The notes: generated from the sequence alone by a model not told the origin. Counted from the first letter of the stretch, positions 9,116 to 20,463 are shown. The stretch is DNA of 64,000 nucleotides from Alphaproteobacteria bacterium (GCA_006226305.1 SBHG01000147.1:775-64774); one strand, 5' to 3'. A program made the numbers and translations.

Positions 9116-11209
9116 TTAGCCAGCCAGAACAGCCAACAGCAGGAGCGCCACGATGTTCGTGATCTTGATCATCGGATTGACAGCAGGGCCCGCTGTGTCC
9201 TTGTAAGGATCTCCTACGGTGTCGCCGGTCACTGACGCTTTGTGAGCTTCAGAACCCTTGCCGCCAAAGGCCCCATCTTCGATGTATTTTTTGGCATTGT
9301 CCCAGGCACCACCACCGGCGGTCATGGACAGAGCTACAAAGAGACCGGTTACGATTACACCGAGTAGCATCGCGCCAACCGCCGCCAGAGCAGATTCCAT
9401 ATCCTCAGCAGCACGAATCACCAGGAACAGAACAACCGGAGACAGAACCGGCAGAAGCGATGGAACAACCATTTCCTTAATCGCAGCCTTGGTCAGAAGG
9501 TCAACCGCGCGGGAATAATCCGGCTTCGCGGTCCGGTCCATAATGCCCGGGATTTCCTTGAACTGACGACGCACCTCAGCAACCACAGCCTCAGCCGCGC
9601 GGCCAACAGCCGTCATCGCCAGAGCGCCAAAGAGATACGGCAACAGCCCCCCGATCAACAGGCCAATCACAACAAACGGATTGGACAGCGAGAAGTCGAT
9701 GGTCAGATCCGGGAAGTAACGGGAGATGTCTTCGGTGTAAGCGGCAAAGAGCACCAGAGCCCCAAGACCAGCAGATCCAATCGCATAACCCTTGGTCACC
9801 GCCTTGGTGGTGTTCCCAACGGCGTCGAGCGTATCCGTAGTGTTACGAACCGCCTCATCCAACTCAGCCATCTCCGCAATACCGCCAGCGTTGTCAGTCA
9901 CCGGACCAAAGGCGTCCAGAGCCACAACCAAACCAGCCAGTGACAACATGGCGGAAACCGCAACAGCCGTACCGAAAAGGCCAGCAATGGAATAGGTCGC
10001 AAAAATCCCAACACAGATGATCACAGCTGGGATCGCGGTCGCTTCCATGGAAACCGCAAGGCCCTGGATCACGTTGGTGCCGTGGCCAGAAACAGAGGCC
10101 TTGGCAACGCTTTTCACCGGACGGTGTTCAGTGCCCGTATAATATTCGGTGACCCAAATGATCAGGCCCGTGATAACCAAGCCAACAAGCGCGCACAGAT
10201 AAAGGTCCATGCCGGTGAAGTTTGTGGTCCGGGATTGGAAGGTCGTGCCCAAACCGATCATCTTCATAAAGACCGGATAAAGCGCTACCGCAGCCAAAAG
10301 CGCGGAAACGATGAAGCCTTTGTAAAGAGCCCCCATCACGTTGTTGGTTTTGCCGAGCTTCACGAAGTAGGTGCCCACGATCGACGTGATGATACCCACA
10401 GCGCCAATGCCGAGCGGCAAAAGCATCAACTGCTCTTGTGCAGCACCGGTGAAGTAGATCGCCGCCAACACCATGGTCGCGCCAACGGTCACGACATAGG
10501 TTTCAAAGAGGTCAGCCGCCATACCAGCGCAATCACCAACATTGTCGCCAACGTTGTCAGCAATGGTTGCCGCATTACGTGGGTCATCTTCCGGGATACC
10601 CGCTTCGACCTTACCCACCATGTCACCGCCAACATCGGCGCCTTTGGTGAAGATACCGCCGCCAAGACGGGCAAAGATCGAAATCAACGAGGCGCCCAGA
10701 GCCAAAGCTACCAGGGCTGCGATGATTTCGTGGCTGTGTTCAGCAACACTCCAGCCCAGACCCCCAACCAGTATGGCGTAGAAGATCGAGATGGCCAGCA
10801 AAGCCAGGCCCGCCACCAGCATGCCCGTTACCGCGCCTGACTTAAAGGCAACATCCAGACCCGCCGCTAGGCTGGTCTTGGAGGCCTCCGTGGTCCGCAC
10901 GTTGGCACGAACAGAAACCAGCATGCCAATATAACCAGCAGCGCCGGACAGAACTGCGCCGAGCGCAAATCCGATCGCGGTGATGGGACCCAAAGCAAGG
11001 CCCAGAATGATCGCGACCGCGACACCGGCAATCGCAATGGTCCGGTATTGACGGTCAAGATAGGCTTTCGCGCCTTCCTGAATCGCCTGAGCGATTTCCT
11101 GCATCCGCTCCGAGCCAGCCGAGGCCGACATAACCGAGCGAACTGTCAAGGCACCGTAAACGATCGCAAGCAGACCGCAGACGATGATGATCAGTAGAGA
11201 AGTAGTCAT
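9116..11209 (-). CDS. hppA: membrane-bound H+-translocating pyrophosphatase
   Basis: Full-length polytopic HppA-like translation ([29 protein letters not shown]...[19 protein letters not shown]...[15 protein letters not shown]). ATG at 11209 with AGGAAA upstream; the track start 11257 is a TTG extension. Confidence 0.93.
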   Translation of the reverse strand: MTTSLLIIIVCGLLAIVYGALTVRSVMSASAGSERMQEIAQAIQEGAKAYLDRQYRTIAIAGVAVAIILGLALGPITAIGFALGAVLSGAAGYIGMLVSVRANVRTTEASKTSLAAGLDVAFKSGAVTGMLVAGLALLAISIFYAILVGGLGWSVAEHSHEIIAALVALALGASLISIFARLGGGIFTKGADVGGDMVGKVEAGIPEDDPRNAATIADNVGDNVGDCAGMAADLFETYVVTVGATMVLAAIYFTGAAQEQLMLLPLGIGAVGIITSIVGTYFVKLGKTNNVMGALYKGFIVSALLAAVALYPVFMKMIGLGTTFQSRTTNFTGMDLYLCALVGLVITGLIIWVTEYYTGTEHRPVKSVAKASVSGHGTNVIQGLAVSMEATAIPAVIICVGIFATYSIAGLFGTAVAVSAMLSLAGLVVALDAFGPVTDNAGGIAEMAELDEAVRNTTDTLDAVGNTTKAVTKGYAIGSAGLGALVLFAAYTEDISRYFPDLTIDFSLSNPFVVIGLLIGGLLPYLFGALAMTAVGRAAEAVVAEVRRQFKEIPGIMDRTAKPDYSRAVDLLTKAAIKEMVVPSLLPVLSPVVLFLVIRAAEDMESALAAVGAMLLGVIVTGLFVALSMTAGGGAWDNAKKYIEDGAFGGKGSEAHKASVTGDTVGDPYKDTAGPAVNPMIKITNIVALLLLAVLAG

Positions 11210-11442
11210 CGAGTTTCCTTTTTTATGTCTCTGCTCTTGTAGGCCAAGCAGATTCAAAAATGATCAGTGTGGGCAAAGACTTGGGGAGCGACTCGCACGG
11301 CCCGCCCAGCATCCGCACCAAAGCGCGCGGAACATGCCAAAGTTACCCGTGAAAAGCAACCTAATCCGGGGAATTTCCGCCACAGAGCACACTTTTGCCA
11401 TTGCCCGTCTGTGGGCCACCCGGCAAAGCTCAAGGGCCTTCT

Positions 11443-12417
11443 TCAAAAATGCTGATAACTCTTTGATTTTATGTTGATTATCTTCTGGTCGCAGTCCAGA
11501 AGCTCAACCCCGGACCCGGCGACGACTTCCCCAATCCGGGTAATCTCGACACCTGCCGCCGCTCCAATCTCAGTGATTCCCGCGATCACTTGCGGCGCAG
11601 CGGTGAATACCAGCTCATAATCATCCCCTCCGGTTAAGAGGCGCTCAAGCTTAACCTGTCCCTGACTCAAACACCGTCTTGCCGGATCAGAAAGAGGGAT
11701 CTCATCTGCCTGCAAGCGCAAACAGCACCCCGCCAGCTCCGCCAGATGCCCGGCATCCCCCATCAGGCCGTCTGAAATGTCCAGTGCCGCCGACGCCAAG
11801 TCTCGAATGCCCACGCCAATCTCAAGCCTTGGCACTGGCCGACGAAATCGCTCGATCAGGGCGTCGCGGTCCTGCGCCAGTTCGGGCGTAACCTTGCCTT
11901 GCAGCACATCGAGCCCCAGTGCAGCATCGCCAATCGTCCCAGTCACAAAGACCCAGTCGCCCATCTTTGCCCCGCGGCGGGAAATCATGCCCCCTTCCGG
12001 CACTTCGCCTATCGCCGTCAGAGAAAAACTCAGCGGACCAGGGGTTGCGACCGTATCGCCGCCAAGCAGGGAGAGACCAAAGCGTTCCTGATCAGCCTTC
12101 AGCCCTTCAGCAAACCCGGCAATCCATTTTTCAGGGGTTTTGGCGGTCCAGGCGCAGGTCAAAAGATAGCCAAGCGGCGCAGCGCCCTTCGCAGCCAGGT
12201 CTGACAGATTAACCCGCAAGAGCTTGCGCGCCACGTCCTTTGCAGGGTCTTCCGCCAGAAAATGCACGCCCTCAACCATGGCATCCTGAGTCAGCACAAG
12301 GTCATAGCCTGCGCGCGGCTGCAAAAAGGCCGCATCGTCTGTCAAACCCATAGCGCCCGGCGCTGTCGCCAGCGGGGCGAAATAGGTCTTTATACGGGCA
12401 AATTCACCAAGGGCCAT
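11443..12417 (-). CDS. thiL: thiamine-monophosphate kinase
   Basis: GLTDDAAFL...DAMVEGVHF...GGDT...GTIGDAALG. Start at MALGEFARI (12417), just downstream of the nusB stop. Confidence 0.88.
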   Translation of the reverse strand: MALGEFARIKTYFAPLATAPGAMGLTDDAAFLQPRAGYDLVLTQDAMVEGVHFLAEDPAKDVARKLLRVNLSDLAAKGAAPLGYLLTCAWTAKTPEKWIAGFAEGLKADQERFGLSLLGGDTVATPGPLSFSLTAIGEVPEGGMISRRGAKMGDWVFVTGTIGDAALGLDVLQGKVTPELAQDRDALIERFRRPVPRLEIGVGIRDLASAALDISDGLMGDAGHLAELAGCCLRLQADEIPLSDPARRCLSQGQVKLERLLTGGDDYELVFTAAPQVIAGITEIGAAAGVEITRIGEVVAGSGVELLDCDQKIINIKSKSYQHF

Positions 12418-12427
12418 AAAAGCCACT

Positions 12428-12907
12428 TTAGGATGAAAACTCCGAGGCGCGAAGCACTCGTGCAATTTTGTCCAATACGCCGTTCAGGAATTTTGGCTCG
12501 TCGCCTTCAAAAAAGGCATGTACCACATTAAGATATTCGTTAATGACCACTTTTGCGGGGATTTGCGGTTCGGACATCATCTCATAGACGGCACAGCGCA
12601 GTGCCGCCCGCAAAATTGAGTCAATCCGGCTCATGGTCCAGCCTGAGGCGAGCGTGTCTTCAATCCGTCGGTCAATCGACGCTTGTTCAGCAACTACTCC
12701 ATTGACGATCTGAGAAAAATGACCGGCATCGGCCTCAACATACTGATCGCCTTCAATCTCCTGCCCCAAACGATGGGAAACGAATTCCTCGATGACTTCA
12801 TCCGTGGTGATGTCGCTCATATCCATCTGGTAAAGAGCTTGAACCGCAGCCAGACGCGCGGCCCTTCGGGATTCTTGCGTAAAGCCTTTTTTGCTGCCGT
12901 CAGTCAT
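12428..12907 (-). CDS. nusB: transcription antitermination factor NusB
   Basis: [17 protein letters not shown]...[12 protein letters not shown]...[13 protein letters not shown]. Confidence 0.92.
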   Translation of the reverse strand: MTDGSKKGFTQESRRAARLAAVQALYQMDMSDITTDEVIEEFVSHRLGQEIEGDQYVEADAGHFSQIVNGVVAEQASIDRRIEDTLASGWTMSRIDSILRAALRCAVYEMMSEPQIPAKVVINEYLNVVHAFFEGDEPKFLNGVLDKIARVLRASEFSS

Positions 12908-13365
12908 CGAAGTGCCACGTGAAATTTGCGTTTGAGCGCGATCATTTCGAGCGCAGCCGCCGCGGCCCCGCCCCCTTTGTTCTTCTCTTCCTTGCGTGCC
13001 CGTGCCCAGGCTTGCGCCTCATTTTCAACCGTTTGGATGCCGTTGCCGAGCGCAAGCTGATACTTCAGTGTCAAATCCATCAGCCCACGCGCACTCTCAT
13101 TGCAGACAATGTCATAGTGTGTGGTTTCACCTCGGATCACACAGCCCAGAGCGACAAAACCATCATAAGAGCCAACCGCATAGCGAACCGCGGCGGGGAT
13201 CTCCAACACACCGGGAACCGCGACACGGTCGTAAGCAGCTCCCCGCGCCTCAATCTCCGCGATAGCACCGTCTGCCAGCGCATCGGCCAGCTCCGGATAA
13301 AACCGGGCTTCGACTATCAGAAGTTTATAGGCGCTCATGGGAATTGATCCGTTTTCAGGCGTCAA
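12904..13365 (-). CDS. ribH: 6,7-dimethyl-8-ribityllumazine synthase
   Basis: [20 protein letters not shown]...[11 protein letters not shown]...[12 protein letters not shown]. The start may instead be the internal ATG at 13338. Confidence 0.9.
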   Translation of the reverse strand: MTPENGSIPMSAYKLLIVEARFYPELADALADGAIAEIEARGAAYDRVAVPGVLEIPAAVRYAVGSYDGFVALGCVIRGETTHYDIVCNESARGLMDLTLKYQLALGNGIQTVENEAQAWARARKEEKNKGGGAAAAALEMIALKRKFHVALR

Positions 13366-14474
13366 GGAATAGCCCGCGTCTCTACGATTGACAGGCCATA
13401 GCCGTCAAGTCCTACAACAGTTTTCGTTGTGTTTGATAGGTTGATCAGCTTGCTCAGCCCCAAATCAAGCAGAATCTGAGCGCCAATCCCGTACTCCCGG
13501 AGCCGCTGCGGCGGATGCATATCCATATTTCGGCGCAAAAGAAGGTCGGAGAGCCTTTTCGGCTCGGTCTCGCGCAAGAGCACCACGACACCGCGCCCTT
13601 CCTTGGCGATCATGTCCATAGCCCGCGCCAGAAGGCTGTCCGGGGCCCCGTCCATCGCCAAAAGGTCACTGAAAACACTCACCGCATGCATGCGCACCAT
13701 AACCGGCTCGGGTCCTGAAATATCCCCCATAACCAAAGCCACATGCTCAGAATATTCTTCCTTATTCACATAGAGTTTGAGTTGCCATTCACCGCCAATC
13801 CGGCTCTTGAAAGGCACTTCCGCTTCGCAGTGTACCAGGTTGTCATGCCGGCGACGGTAGGCAATCAGGTCTTCAATCGTGCCAACCTTCATGCCGTGGA
13901 GCTGGGCAAACTTAACAAGATCGGGCATCCGCGCCATGGAGCCATCGTCATTCATGATCTCACAAATAACCCCGGCTGGCTGAAGGCCGGCAAGCCGCGC
14001 AATATCCACCGCCGCTTCTGTATGGCCGGCGCGCACGAGCACCCCTCCATCTTTGGCGACCAGAGGAAACACATGCCCCGGAGTGACAATATCCTCGCGC
14101 CCCTTCGACGGATCAATGGCCGTCGCGATGGTGTGGGCCCGATCGTGCGCGGAGATCCCCGTCGACACACCGTGTTTGGCCTCAATTGAAACTGTAAAAG
14201 CGGTTTGATGCCGGGTCTGATTGTCATGGCTCATATAACGCAGATCCAGCGCGGCGGCGCGCTCAGGATTGAGCGACAGACAAATCAGGCCGCGGCCATG
14301 TCGCGCCATGAAATTCACCATTTCCGGCGTTGCCATCTGAGCCGGTATAACGAGGTCCCCCTCGTTTTCGCGCTCCTCTGCATCGACCAGAATAAACATC
14401 CGCCCATTGCGGGCGTCCTCGATAATATCTTCGATCGGAGACAAAAAATCTCCGAACTCGCTTTCGCCAGACAT
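13362..14474 (-). CDS. ribB: 3,4-dihydroxy-2-butanone-4-phosphate synthase fused to a degenerate GTP cyclohydrolase II-like domain (RibBX type)
   Basis: The N-terminal half is a RibB domain ([18 protein letters not shown]...THTEAAVD). The C-terminal half aligns to RibA but reads [22 protein letters not shown] where RibA has RVHSECLTGD..RCDCG. ATG at 14474 has GGGAAGGGAG upstream. Confidence 0.88.
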   Translation of the reverse strand: MSGESEFGDFLSPIEDIIEDARNGRMFILVDAEERENEGDLVIPAQMATPEMVNFMARHGRGLICLSLNPERAAALDLRYMSHDNQTRHQTAFTVSIEAKHGVSTGISAHDRAHTIATAIDPSKGREDIVTPGHVFPLVAKDGGVLVRAGHTEAAVDIARLAGLQPAGVICEIMNDDGSMARMPDLVKFAQLHGMKVGTIEDLIAYRRRHDNLVHCEAEVPFKSRIGGEWQLKLYVNKEEYSEHVALVMGDISGPEPVMVRMHAVSVFSDLLAMDGAPDSLLARAMDMIAKEGRGVVVLLRETEPKRLSDLLLRRNMDMHPPQRLREYGIGAQILLDLGLSKLINLSNTTKTVVGLDGYGLSIVETRAIP

Positions 14475-14512
14475 CAAGAATGGCTCCCTTCCCAATTTAT
14501 TTTTAGTTCTTA

Positions 14513-15124
14513 TCAGGACGCGGCCTGTAGACGCGCAACGTAGCGTGCCAAGACATCAATCTCCAGATTTACTGTGTCCCCTACCGACAAATCCCCAAGG
14601 GATGTGACCGATTGTGTGTGCGGAATGATATTGACACCAAAAAGCTGGCCCTCAACTTCGTTGACGGTCAGGGAAACTCCTTCCACGGTAATGGAGCCTT
14701 TTGACGCGATGTAGCGGGTCAGATCGCTCGGTGCCTCAAACTGATAGCGCAAACTGTCGCCCTCCGGTGTGATCGAGACCACCCTGGCAACCCCGTCAAC
14801 ATGGCCAGATACAATGTGACCACCAATCTCGTCTCCCACCCGCAGGGCGCGCTCAAGATTGATACGCGTCCCTCGCGTCCAGCCCCCAAGACTTGAACAA
14901 GCCAGCGTTTCGCCGGAGGCATCAACCGAGAACCAATAGGGTTTTTGAGAGCCTTCAGGGGCCGCGCCTTTGTCCACCACTGTCAAACAAACACCGGCGC
15001 AAGCGATTGACGCACCAATTTCCACACGGGCCGTGTCATAATCGGTTGCAATGACAAACCGCGTGTCACCGTTTTTCTCAACACGAGTAACCTCACCCAC
15101 GTCTGTCACAATGCCTGTAAACAT
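14513..15124 (-). CDS. ribE: riboflavin synthase (alpha subunit)
   Basis: MFTGIVTDVGEV...GASIACAGVCLTVV...GGHIVSGHVDG...GSITVEGVSLTVN. Confidence 0.93.
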   Translation of the reverse strand: MFTGIVTDVGEVTRVEKNGDTRFVIATDYDTARVEIGASIACAGVCLTVVDKGAAPEGSQKPYWFSVDASGETLACSSLGGWTRGTRINLERALRVGDEIGGHIVSGHVDGVARVVSITPEGDSLRYQFEAPSDLTRYIASKGSITVEGVSLTVNEVEGQLFGVNIIPHTQSVTSLGDLSVGDTVNLEIDVLARYVARLQAAS

Positions 15125-15127
15125 AGT

Positions 15128-16249
15128 CTAAACCTCAACGGCCATCAGGGTTTCCAGGCAATCGTCTCCGATCTGTTCCAGACCAGTGCGCACAAACCCT
15201 GCGGCATCTTCAAGAAGATCAACGCCCATCGAACTTACGCCAGAGACACCGTCCCCGCCAATCACTTTCGCCGCGCGAAACCAAAGCAAACGGTCCACCA
15301 TCCCCGACTTCAAAAGCGAGCCGTGCAAACTGGCCCCTCCTTCCGCCAGAACACGGGTCAACCCCCGCGCGGCCAGCTCGGCCAAAACCTCCCGAATGTC
15401 GAGGTGATGGCCCTTGCCACCCGGCAATTCAATCACCTCAACGCCGCACCCCCGAAAGGCTTCCGCCCGGGCCGCATCTCCATGGGAAAGCGTAACAATC
15501 CAGGTTGGAATTTCCCGCGCGGTCTGAACCAGTTTGGAGGTCAAGGGCAGTCGCAACCGCCCATCCAGCACAATGCGTACTGGAGATCGGCTCTCAAGAC
15601 CTGCAATCCGGCAGGTCAGCATAGGGTCATCGACAATCGCCGTGGTGCTGCCCACCATGATCGCATCGTGAAAAGCCCGCTCCATGTGTCCACGCTCTCG
15701 CGCCGCTGGGCCCGTAATCCAATTGCTTTTTCCCGATACGGTCGCGATCTTGCCATCAAGGGAGCTCGCCACCTTTGCCGTTACGAAGGGGCGACCTGCT
15801 TCCATGCGTTTTAAAAAGCCGATGGCAACCTCGTGGGCCTCGCGCCCGAGCAGGCCGAGCTCCACGGGGATGCCTGCCTTCTCCAGCATGGCAATACCAG
15901 CGCCGGATACCTTCGGGTTTGGGTCCTGTAGGGCACACACCACCTTGCCAACACCTGCCGCGATCAGCGCCTCAGCGCAGGGACCGGTTTGGCCCTGATG
16001 GGCGCAAGGTTCAAGGCTCACATATGCCGTTGTGCCCCGTGCCTTGTCGCCCGCCATGGCGAGAGCGTTGACTTCCGCATGAGGCCGTCCGCCCGGAGAC
16101 GTTACCCCGCGGCCAACGACAACCGGAAAATCGCTTTGTGAAAAATCAACCAGCACACAGCCAACGGAAGGATTGGGCCACGTCGTCCCGTTGCCGCGCG
16201 CGGCAAGGCCGATGGCCATTTTCATAAAGTGAGCATCTCGTGCTGTCAT
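15128..16249 (-). CDS. ribD: bifunctional riboflavin biosynthesis deaminase/reductase RibD
   Basis: PNPSVGCV...GRPHAEVNAL...YVSLEPCAHQGQTGPC, plus the C-terminal reductase domain. Confidence 0.92.
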   Translation of the reverse strand: MTARDAHFMKMAIGLAARGNGTTWPNPSVGCVLVDFSQSDFPVVVGRGVTSPGGRPHAEVNALAMAGDKARGTTAYVSLEPCAHQGQTGPCAEALIAAGVGKVVCALQDPNPKVSGAGIAMLEKAGIPVELGLLGREAHEVAIGFLKRMEAGRPFVTAKVASSLDGKIATVSGKSNWITGPAARERGHMERAFHDAIMVGSTTAIVDDPMLTCRIAGLESRSPVRIVLDGRLRLPLTSKLVQTAREIPTWIVTLSHGDAARAEAFRGCGVEVIELPGGKGHHLDIREVLAELAARGLTRVLAEGGASLHGSLLKSGMVDRLLWFRAAKVIGGDGVSGVSSMGVDLLEDAAGFVRTGLEQIGDDCLETLMAVEV

Positions 16250-16278
16250 CGCTCACCTGCGCCCTGTTCTTATGACGA

Positions 16279-16755
16279 TTAGTCGAAGCTGTCTTCGTCG
16301 CCGTCTTCAAGACGGCCAAGGAAATTACTGAAGTCCTTGGCCTCATGGAAATTCTTATAAACGGAGGCAAATCGCACATAGGCGACCGCATCAAGAGATT
16401 CCAGTCCCTGCATCACCAGACCGCCAATAATATCAGATTGGATTTCAGGCTCGCCCATGCTTTCAAGACGCCGTACGATCCCGCTCACCATGCGCTCAAT
16501 ACGCTCCGGCTCGACCGGGCGCTTGCGCAGCGCAATCTGCACGGAGCGCATCAACTTATCCCGATCAAAGGGTACCCGCTTCCCAGTTTTCTTAACGATG
16601 GTGAGTTCACGTAATTGCACCCGCTCAAAGGTGGTAAACCGCCCGCCACAGGCCGAACAATAGCGCCGACGCCGGATCGCCGTATTGTCTTCCGTTGGGC
16701 GTGAGTCCTTCACCTGGGTGTCGTCATGACCACAATAGGGGCATCGCATTTTCAA
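16279..16755 (-). CDS. nrdR: transcriptional repressor NrdR
   Basis: [45 protein letters not shown]. Confidence 0.95.
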   Translation of the reverse strand: MKMRCPYCGHDDTQVKDSRPTEDNTAIRRRRYCSACGGRFTTFERVQLRELTIVKKTGKRVPFDRDKLMRSVQIALRKRPVEPERIERMVSGIVRRLESMGEPEIQSDIIGGLVMQGLESLDAVAYVRFASVYKNFHEAKDFSNFLGRLEDGDEDSFD

Positions 16756-16788
16756 GAAAACCTTCTCTGTTGGTTTCGGTGGCGAATA

Positions 16789-18093
16789 TCAGACGTAGAT
16801 CGGAAAACGCTCCGTCAATTCCTTTACCTTTTCGCGAACCGCGGCTTCCACCGCCGAATTATCTTCCGGGTTCGCGGCAAGGCCTTCCAGAACTTCAATA
16901 ATAAGGGCACCGACCCGAGTAAATTCGGCCACACCAAAGCCCCGTGTCGTGCCCGCGGGCGTGCCCAGCCGAACCCCGGAGGTAACCGTTGGCTTTTCCG
17001 GATCAAACGGCACACCGTTTTTATTGCAGGTGATATTGGCCCGCTCCAGGCTGGCCTCAGCCGCATTGCCTTTAAGGCCTTTAGGCCGCAGGTCCAGAAG
17101 AACCACATGGGTATCCGTCCCGCCGGAGACAATATCAAATCCGCCGGCCTTCAGGGTTGACGACAAGGCCTTGGCGTTGTCGACCACGGCCTTGGCGTAA
17201 GACTTAAATTCCGGCTTAAGAGCTTCGCCAAACGCGACCGCCTTGGCCGCGATCACGTGCATCAGCGGCCCGCCCTGAATACCCGGAAAGATAGCTGAAT
17301 TCACTTTTTTGGCGATGTCCTCATCATTGGTCAGGATCATGCCGCCGCGGGGTCCGCGCAAAGTTTTATGGGTCGTGGTCGTCGCCACATGGGCGTAGTC
17401 CAGCGGGTTGGGATGAGCCCCTCCCGCGACGAGCCCGGCAAAATGCGCCATGTCCACCATGAGGTAAGCGCCAACTTCGTCGGCAATCTCACGGAAAGCT
17501 TTAAAATCGATAATCCGCGGATAGGCCGACCCGCCTGCAATAATCAGCTTGGGATTGTTCGCCTTCGCAAAGGCGCGCACCTCATCAAAATCGATCTGGT
17601 CATTATCTTTGCGAACCCCATATTGAACCGCATCAAACCATTTGCCGGACTGGTTGGGCGGCGCGCCGTGGGTCAAATGCCCGCCAGCGGCCAGGCTCAT
17701 CCCCAAAATCGTGTCGCCCGGCTTGATAAGTGCCTGAAAGACCCCTTGGTTCGCCTGGCTGCCCGAATTTGGCTGCACATTGGCAAAACCGCAATTAAAG
17801 AGCTTTTTGGCGCGCTCAATGGCCAGATTTTCAGCCACATCAACAAATTCACAGCCGCCGTAATAACGCCGCCCCGGATAGCCTTCCGCATATTTGTTGG
17901 TCAGGATAGACCCCTGAGCCTCAAGCACGGCCCGGGACACTATGTTCTCCGAGGCGATCAGCTCAATCTGATGGCGCTGCCGCCCCAACTCATCGGTCAG
18001 GGATTTGTAGAGCTCTGGATCAGACTTGGTAAGGGGTTCGGTAAAAAATCCGGATTCGGTGGGAGTTTCCGCAGGACGAACATTGGCGGTCAT
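16789..18093 (-). CDS. glyA: serine hydroxymethyltransferase
   Basis: [38 protein letters not shown]...[14 protein letters not shown]. Confidence 0.96.
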   Translation of the reverse strand: MTANVRPAETPTESGFFTEPLTKSDPELYKSLTDELGRQRHQIELIASENIVSRAVLEAQGSILTNKYAEGYPGRRYYGGCEFVDVAENLAIERAKKLFNCGFANVQPNSGSQANQGVFQALIKPGDTILGMSLAAGGHLTHGAPPNQSGKWFDAVQYGVRKDNDQIDFDEVRAFAKANNPKLIIAGGSAYPRIIDFKAFREIADEVGAYLMVDMAHFAGLVAGGAHPNPLDYAHVATTTTHKTLRGPRGGMILTNDEDIAKKVNSAIFPGIQGGPLMHVIAAKAVAFGEALKPEFKSYAKAVVDNAKALSSTLKAGGFDIVSGGTDTHVVLLDLRPKGLKGNAAEASLERANITCNKNGVPFDPEKPTVTSGVRLGTPAGTTRGFGVAEFTRVGALIIEVLEGLAANPEDNSAVEAAVREKVKELTERFPIYV

Positions 18094-18145
18094 GTGTGGG
18101 CGATCCTTTTTGGACTTTAGGGTCTGCTTCTCAATTTTGACACAT

Positions 18146-18207
18146 CAGGTGCCGCTGGCACGGCCAGACAGGGGGAAATCGACCAAAACGACTACCCATG
18201 GCACCTG
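18146..18207 (-). promoter_or_regulatory. structured element (three-way junction) in the glyA 5' leader; class unknown
   Basis: Sense RNA: CAGGUGCC-AU-[GGGUAGUCG-UUUUGGU-CGAUUUCCC]-CCUGU-[CUGGC-CGU-GCCAG]-C-GGCACCUG. An 8-bp closing helix encloses two hairpins, ending 52 nt upstream of the glyA ATG. Confidence 0.4.
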
Positions 18208-18292
18208 GGCGCAGCGCTCAATACCATATATCGGCTGGAGCGAACATGCCCTTTTTGCCAGAAAAACAGCTTTTTTAAATTGAGTTTGGATC

Positions 18293-19501
18293 TTAAGCGG
18301 CGAGCTTGAGATCGCGCCGTTTCCAGATCGTTGAGAGCGCTTTCACCAGGTCGTCAATCTGCTCATCGGTATGGGCCGGACCCGGCGTAAACCGCAGCCG
18401 CTCTGTTCCTCTCGGCACCGTCGGGAAGTTGATCGGCTGCACATAAATCTTGAAGTCGTTGAGCAGCTCATCCGAAATCTGCTTGCAGATCACCGGATCT
18501 CCCACCAGCACCGGCACAATATGGCAGACAGACGGCATTACCGGAAGGCCGGCCGCTGCCAGTTTACGCTTCAGGACCGCCGCACGCTCTTGATGCTGCG
18601 CCCGCTCAACCTGGCTGGTTTTCAAATGCCGGATCGACGCCGTCGCCCCAGCTGCCAGCACAGGCGCCAGAGAGGTCGTGAAAATAAACCCCGGAGCATA
18701 AGAGCGGATCACGTCCACCATGGTGGCGCTGGACACAATATAGCCGCCCATAAGGCCAAAGCCCTTGGCCAGCGTTCCTTCAATGATATCGACCCGGTGC
18801 ATCACCCCGTCGCGCTCCCCGATGCCGCCGCCGCGAGGACCATAAAGACCGACCGCATGGACTTCGTCCAAATAGGTCATGGCGTTGTATTTCTCAGCCA
18901 GATCGCAAATCGCTCCGATCGGCGCGATATCGCCATCCATGGAGTAAACGGACTCAAAGGCAATCAGCTTGGGCTGGTCATAAGGCAGCGCTTTAAGCCG
19001 TTCTTCAAGATCAGCCAGGTCATTGTGTTTCCAGATCTGCTTAGAACCGCCCCCGCGCTTAATCCCTTCGATCATTGACGCATGATTAAGCTCATCCGAC
19101 AGAATGACCAGACCAGGAAAAATCTTGACCAGGGTCGACAGGGTTGCGTCATTGGCAATATAGCCGGAGGTAAACAACAGCGCCGCTTCTTTGCCGTGCA
19201 AGTCGGCCAGCTCCGTTTCCAGCTCGATATGATAATGGGTCGTACCAGCAATGTTGCGCGTGCCGCCCGAGCCCGCGCCAACCGTATCAATGGCTTCATG
19301 CATGGCCTGTAAAACAACCGGATGCTGGCCCATGGCCAGATAGTCATTTGAACACCACACAACAATCTCATCGGTCCCACCGGGGCGATGATAGGTCGCA
19401 TTCGGAAAGTTACCCTTATGCCGGATGATATCCGCAAACACACGGTAGCGGCCTTCGGAGTGGAGGGAAGCGATTGCCTTCTCTAACGCCTTTTTGTACA
19501 T
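18293..19501 (-). CDS. hemA: 5-aminolevulinate synthase
   Basis: [22 protein letters not shown]...[14 protein letters not shown]...[13 protein letters not shown] (alpha-oxoamine synthase fold, ALAS type). ATG at 19501 preferred; the track's GTG at 19534 is an alternative. Confidence 0.92.
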   Translation of the reverse strand: MYKKALEKAIASLHSEGRYRVFADIIRHKGNFPNATYHRPGGTDEIVVWCSNDYLAMGQHPVVLQAMHEAIDTVGAGSGGTRNIAGTTHYHIELETELADLHGKEAALLFTSGYIANDATLSTLVKIFPGLVILSDELNHASMIEGIKRGGGSKQIWKHNDLADLEERLKALPYDQPKLIAFESVYSMDGDIAPIGAICDLAEKYNAMTYLDEVHAVGLYGPRGGGIGERDGVMHRVDIIEGTLAKGFGLMGGYIVSSATMVDVIRSYAPGFIFTTSLAPVLAAGATASIRHLKTSQVERAQHQERAAVLKRKLAAAGLPVMPSVCHIVPVLVGDPVICKQISDELLNDFKIYVQPINFPTVPRGTERLRFTPGPAHTDEQIDDLVKALSTIWKRRDLKLAA

Positions 19502-19659
19502 GGGCCCCTTAAAATCCTGTTCTTCTTCAAGCACGTGCGACGCCAGGCCGATAAACCCCTAGCAGGTCAAATCTCGACCAGACTTTAAACATTTCAGACA
19601 AATAGAATACAGACGAAATGTCGCAATTGACACAAAAACTGTGTGTATATAGCCACAAA

Positions 19660-20463
19660 TCAGGCTTTTTCCGGGGTTTCCTCTCGGAGGGCCTGATCCC
19701 CCGCCCCGTCAGGCCACATACCGCGGCGCTCCATGACCTTCTTTAGAAGGCTCGGCCGGTCGGTCATAATGCCGTGCACCCCGACATCGATCAGCCGCTC
19801 CATCTCGTCCTCATCGTTGATCGTCCACGCATGGACTTTAACGCCCCGAGCCTCCGCCGCCCTAAGCAGACCTTTGGTGATGATATTGCGCCCCTGGAAA
19901 CGGGCGGGCATCTGGGCGCAATGCCCGTCGATCCGAAAAAACGGCATTTTGTAGCCGGCCAAAACCAGCTTGACCACGTCCGACTGGCCAAGTGCGGTAC
20001 ACAGCCAGTCCCCGCCCAAACGCCGGATCTGTTTGAGACGCGCTGCAGGAAAGGTCCCCAGACAGACCCGGTCCTGCGCGCCGAGCCGCCGAATGGTCTC
20101 AATCAGCGGCACCACCGCCCTGTCATTCTTCGGCTCAATATTGATGTGAATGTCCGGCCAGGTGGACAAAAGCTCTTCAAGATAAGGGACCGGATGCGAA
20201 CCCTTGACCTTTACCCCTCGCAAGTCCTCTCGGGTGAGATCTGTCGACAGGCCCGGCTGGCCGGTGAGGCGGGCCAGATCCAGATCGTGAAAACACACCA
20301 GAGAGTTATCCCGTGTCACGATGACATCTGTTTCGATGTACTTAAACCCAAGGTCCACTGCGGCTTGAAAAGCCGCCATCGTGTTCTCCGGCGCCTCCAG
20401 CGACCCCCCACGATGTGCAAATGGGATAAATTCACCGGGCTGCAAATATGGATGCAGGCCCAT
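19660..20463 (-). CDS. glycerophosphodiester phosphodiesterase family protein
   Basis: IPFAHRGGSLEAPENTMAAFQAAVDLGFKYIETDV. Start at MGLHPYL (20463) with AAGGGAGGG upstream; the track start 20706 would overlap the MarR gene. Confidence 0.87.
   Translation of the reverse strand: MGLHPYLQPGEFIPFAHRGGSLEAPENTMAAFQAAVDLGFKYIETDVIVTRDNSLVCFHDLDLARLTGQPGLSTDLTREDLRGVKVKGSHPVPYLEELLSTWPDIHINIEPKNDRAVVPLIETIRRLGAQDRVCLGTFPAARLKQIRRLGGDWLCTALGQSDVVKLVLAGYKMPFFRIDGHCAQMPARFQGRNIITKGLLRAAEARGVKVHAWTINDEDEMERLIDVGVHGIMTDRPSLLKKVMERRGMWPDGAGDQALREETPEKA

Noticed and set aside
12904-16755. FMN (RFN) riboswitch expected near the riboflavin operon
   Set aside because: nrdR-ribD-ribE-ribBX-ribH-nusB are packed with gaps of 0-30 nt or overlaps. 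There is no room for a roughly 140-nt RFN element, and I did not see its conserved core.
17368-18120. Other long antisense ORFs (17368-18120, 18371-19078, 10082-10840, 19774-20562, 46321-47028, 50388-51203, 54668-55402, 13743-14189 and similar)
   Set aside because: Each lies inside and opposite a confidently identified conserved gene (glyA, hemA, hppA, GDPD, spoT, dapA, MBL, ribBX). None has an SD-like sequence at a sensible start or any recognisable domain.
18121-18215. ZTP (pfl) riboswitch call for the glyA leader
   Set aside because: The ZTP-like conserved strings occur on the + strand, which is antisense to the glyA leader and has no downstream gene. The sense strand does not show ACUGGCG or CCGCCUGGGC. 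I kept it only as an unclassified structured leader pending cmsearch.
19535-19659. Possible FNR/CRP-type site (TGTGTCAATTGCGACA, read on the minus strand) upstream of hemA
   Set aside because: Only 4-bp arms (TGTC/GACA) are truly symmetric, and the match to TTGAT-N4-ATCAA or TGTGA-N6-TCACA is poor. That is not enough to call a site.
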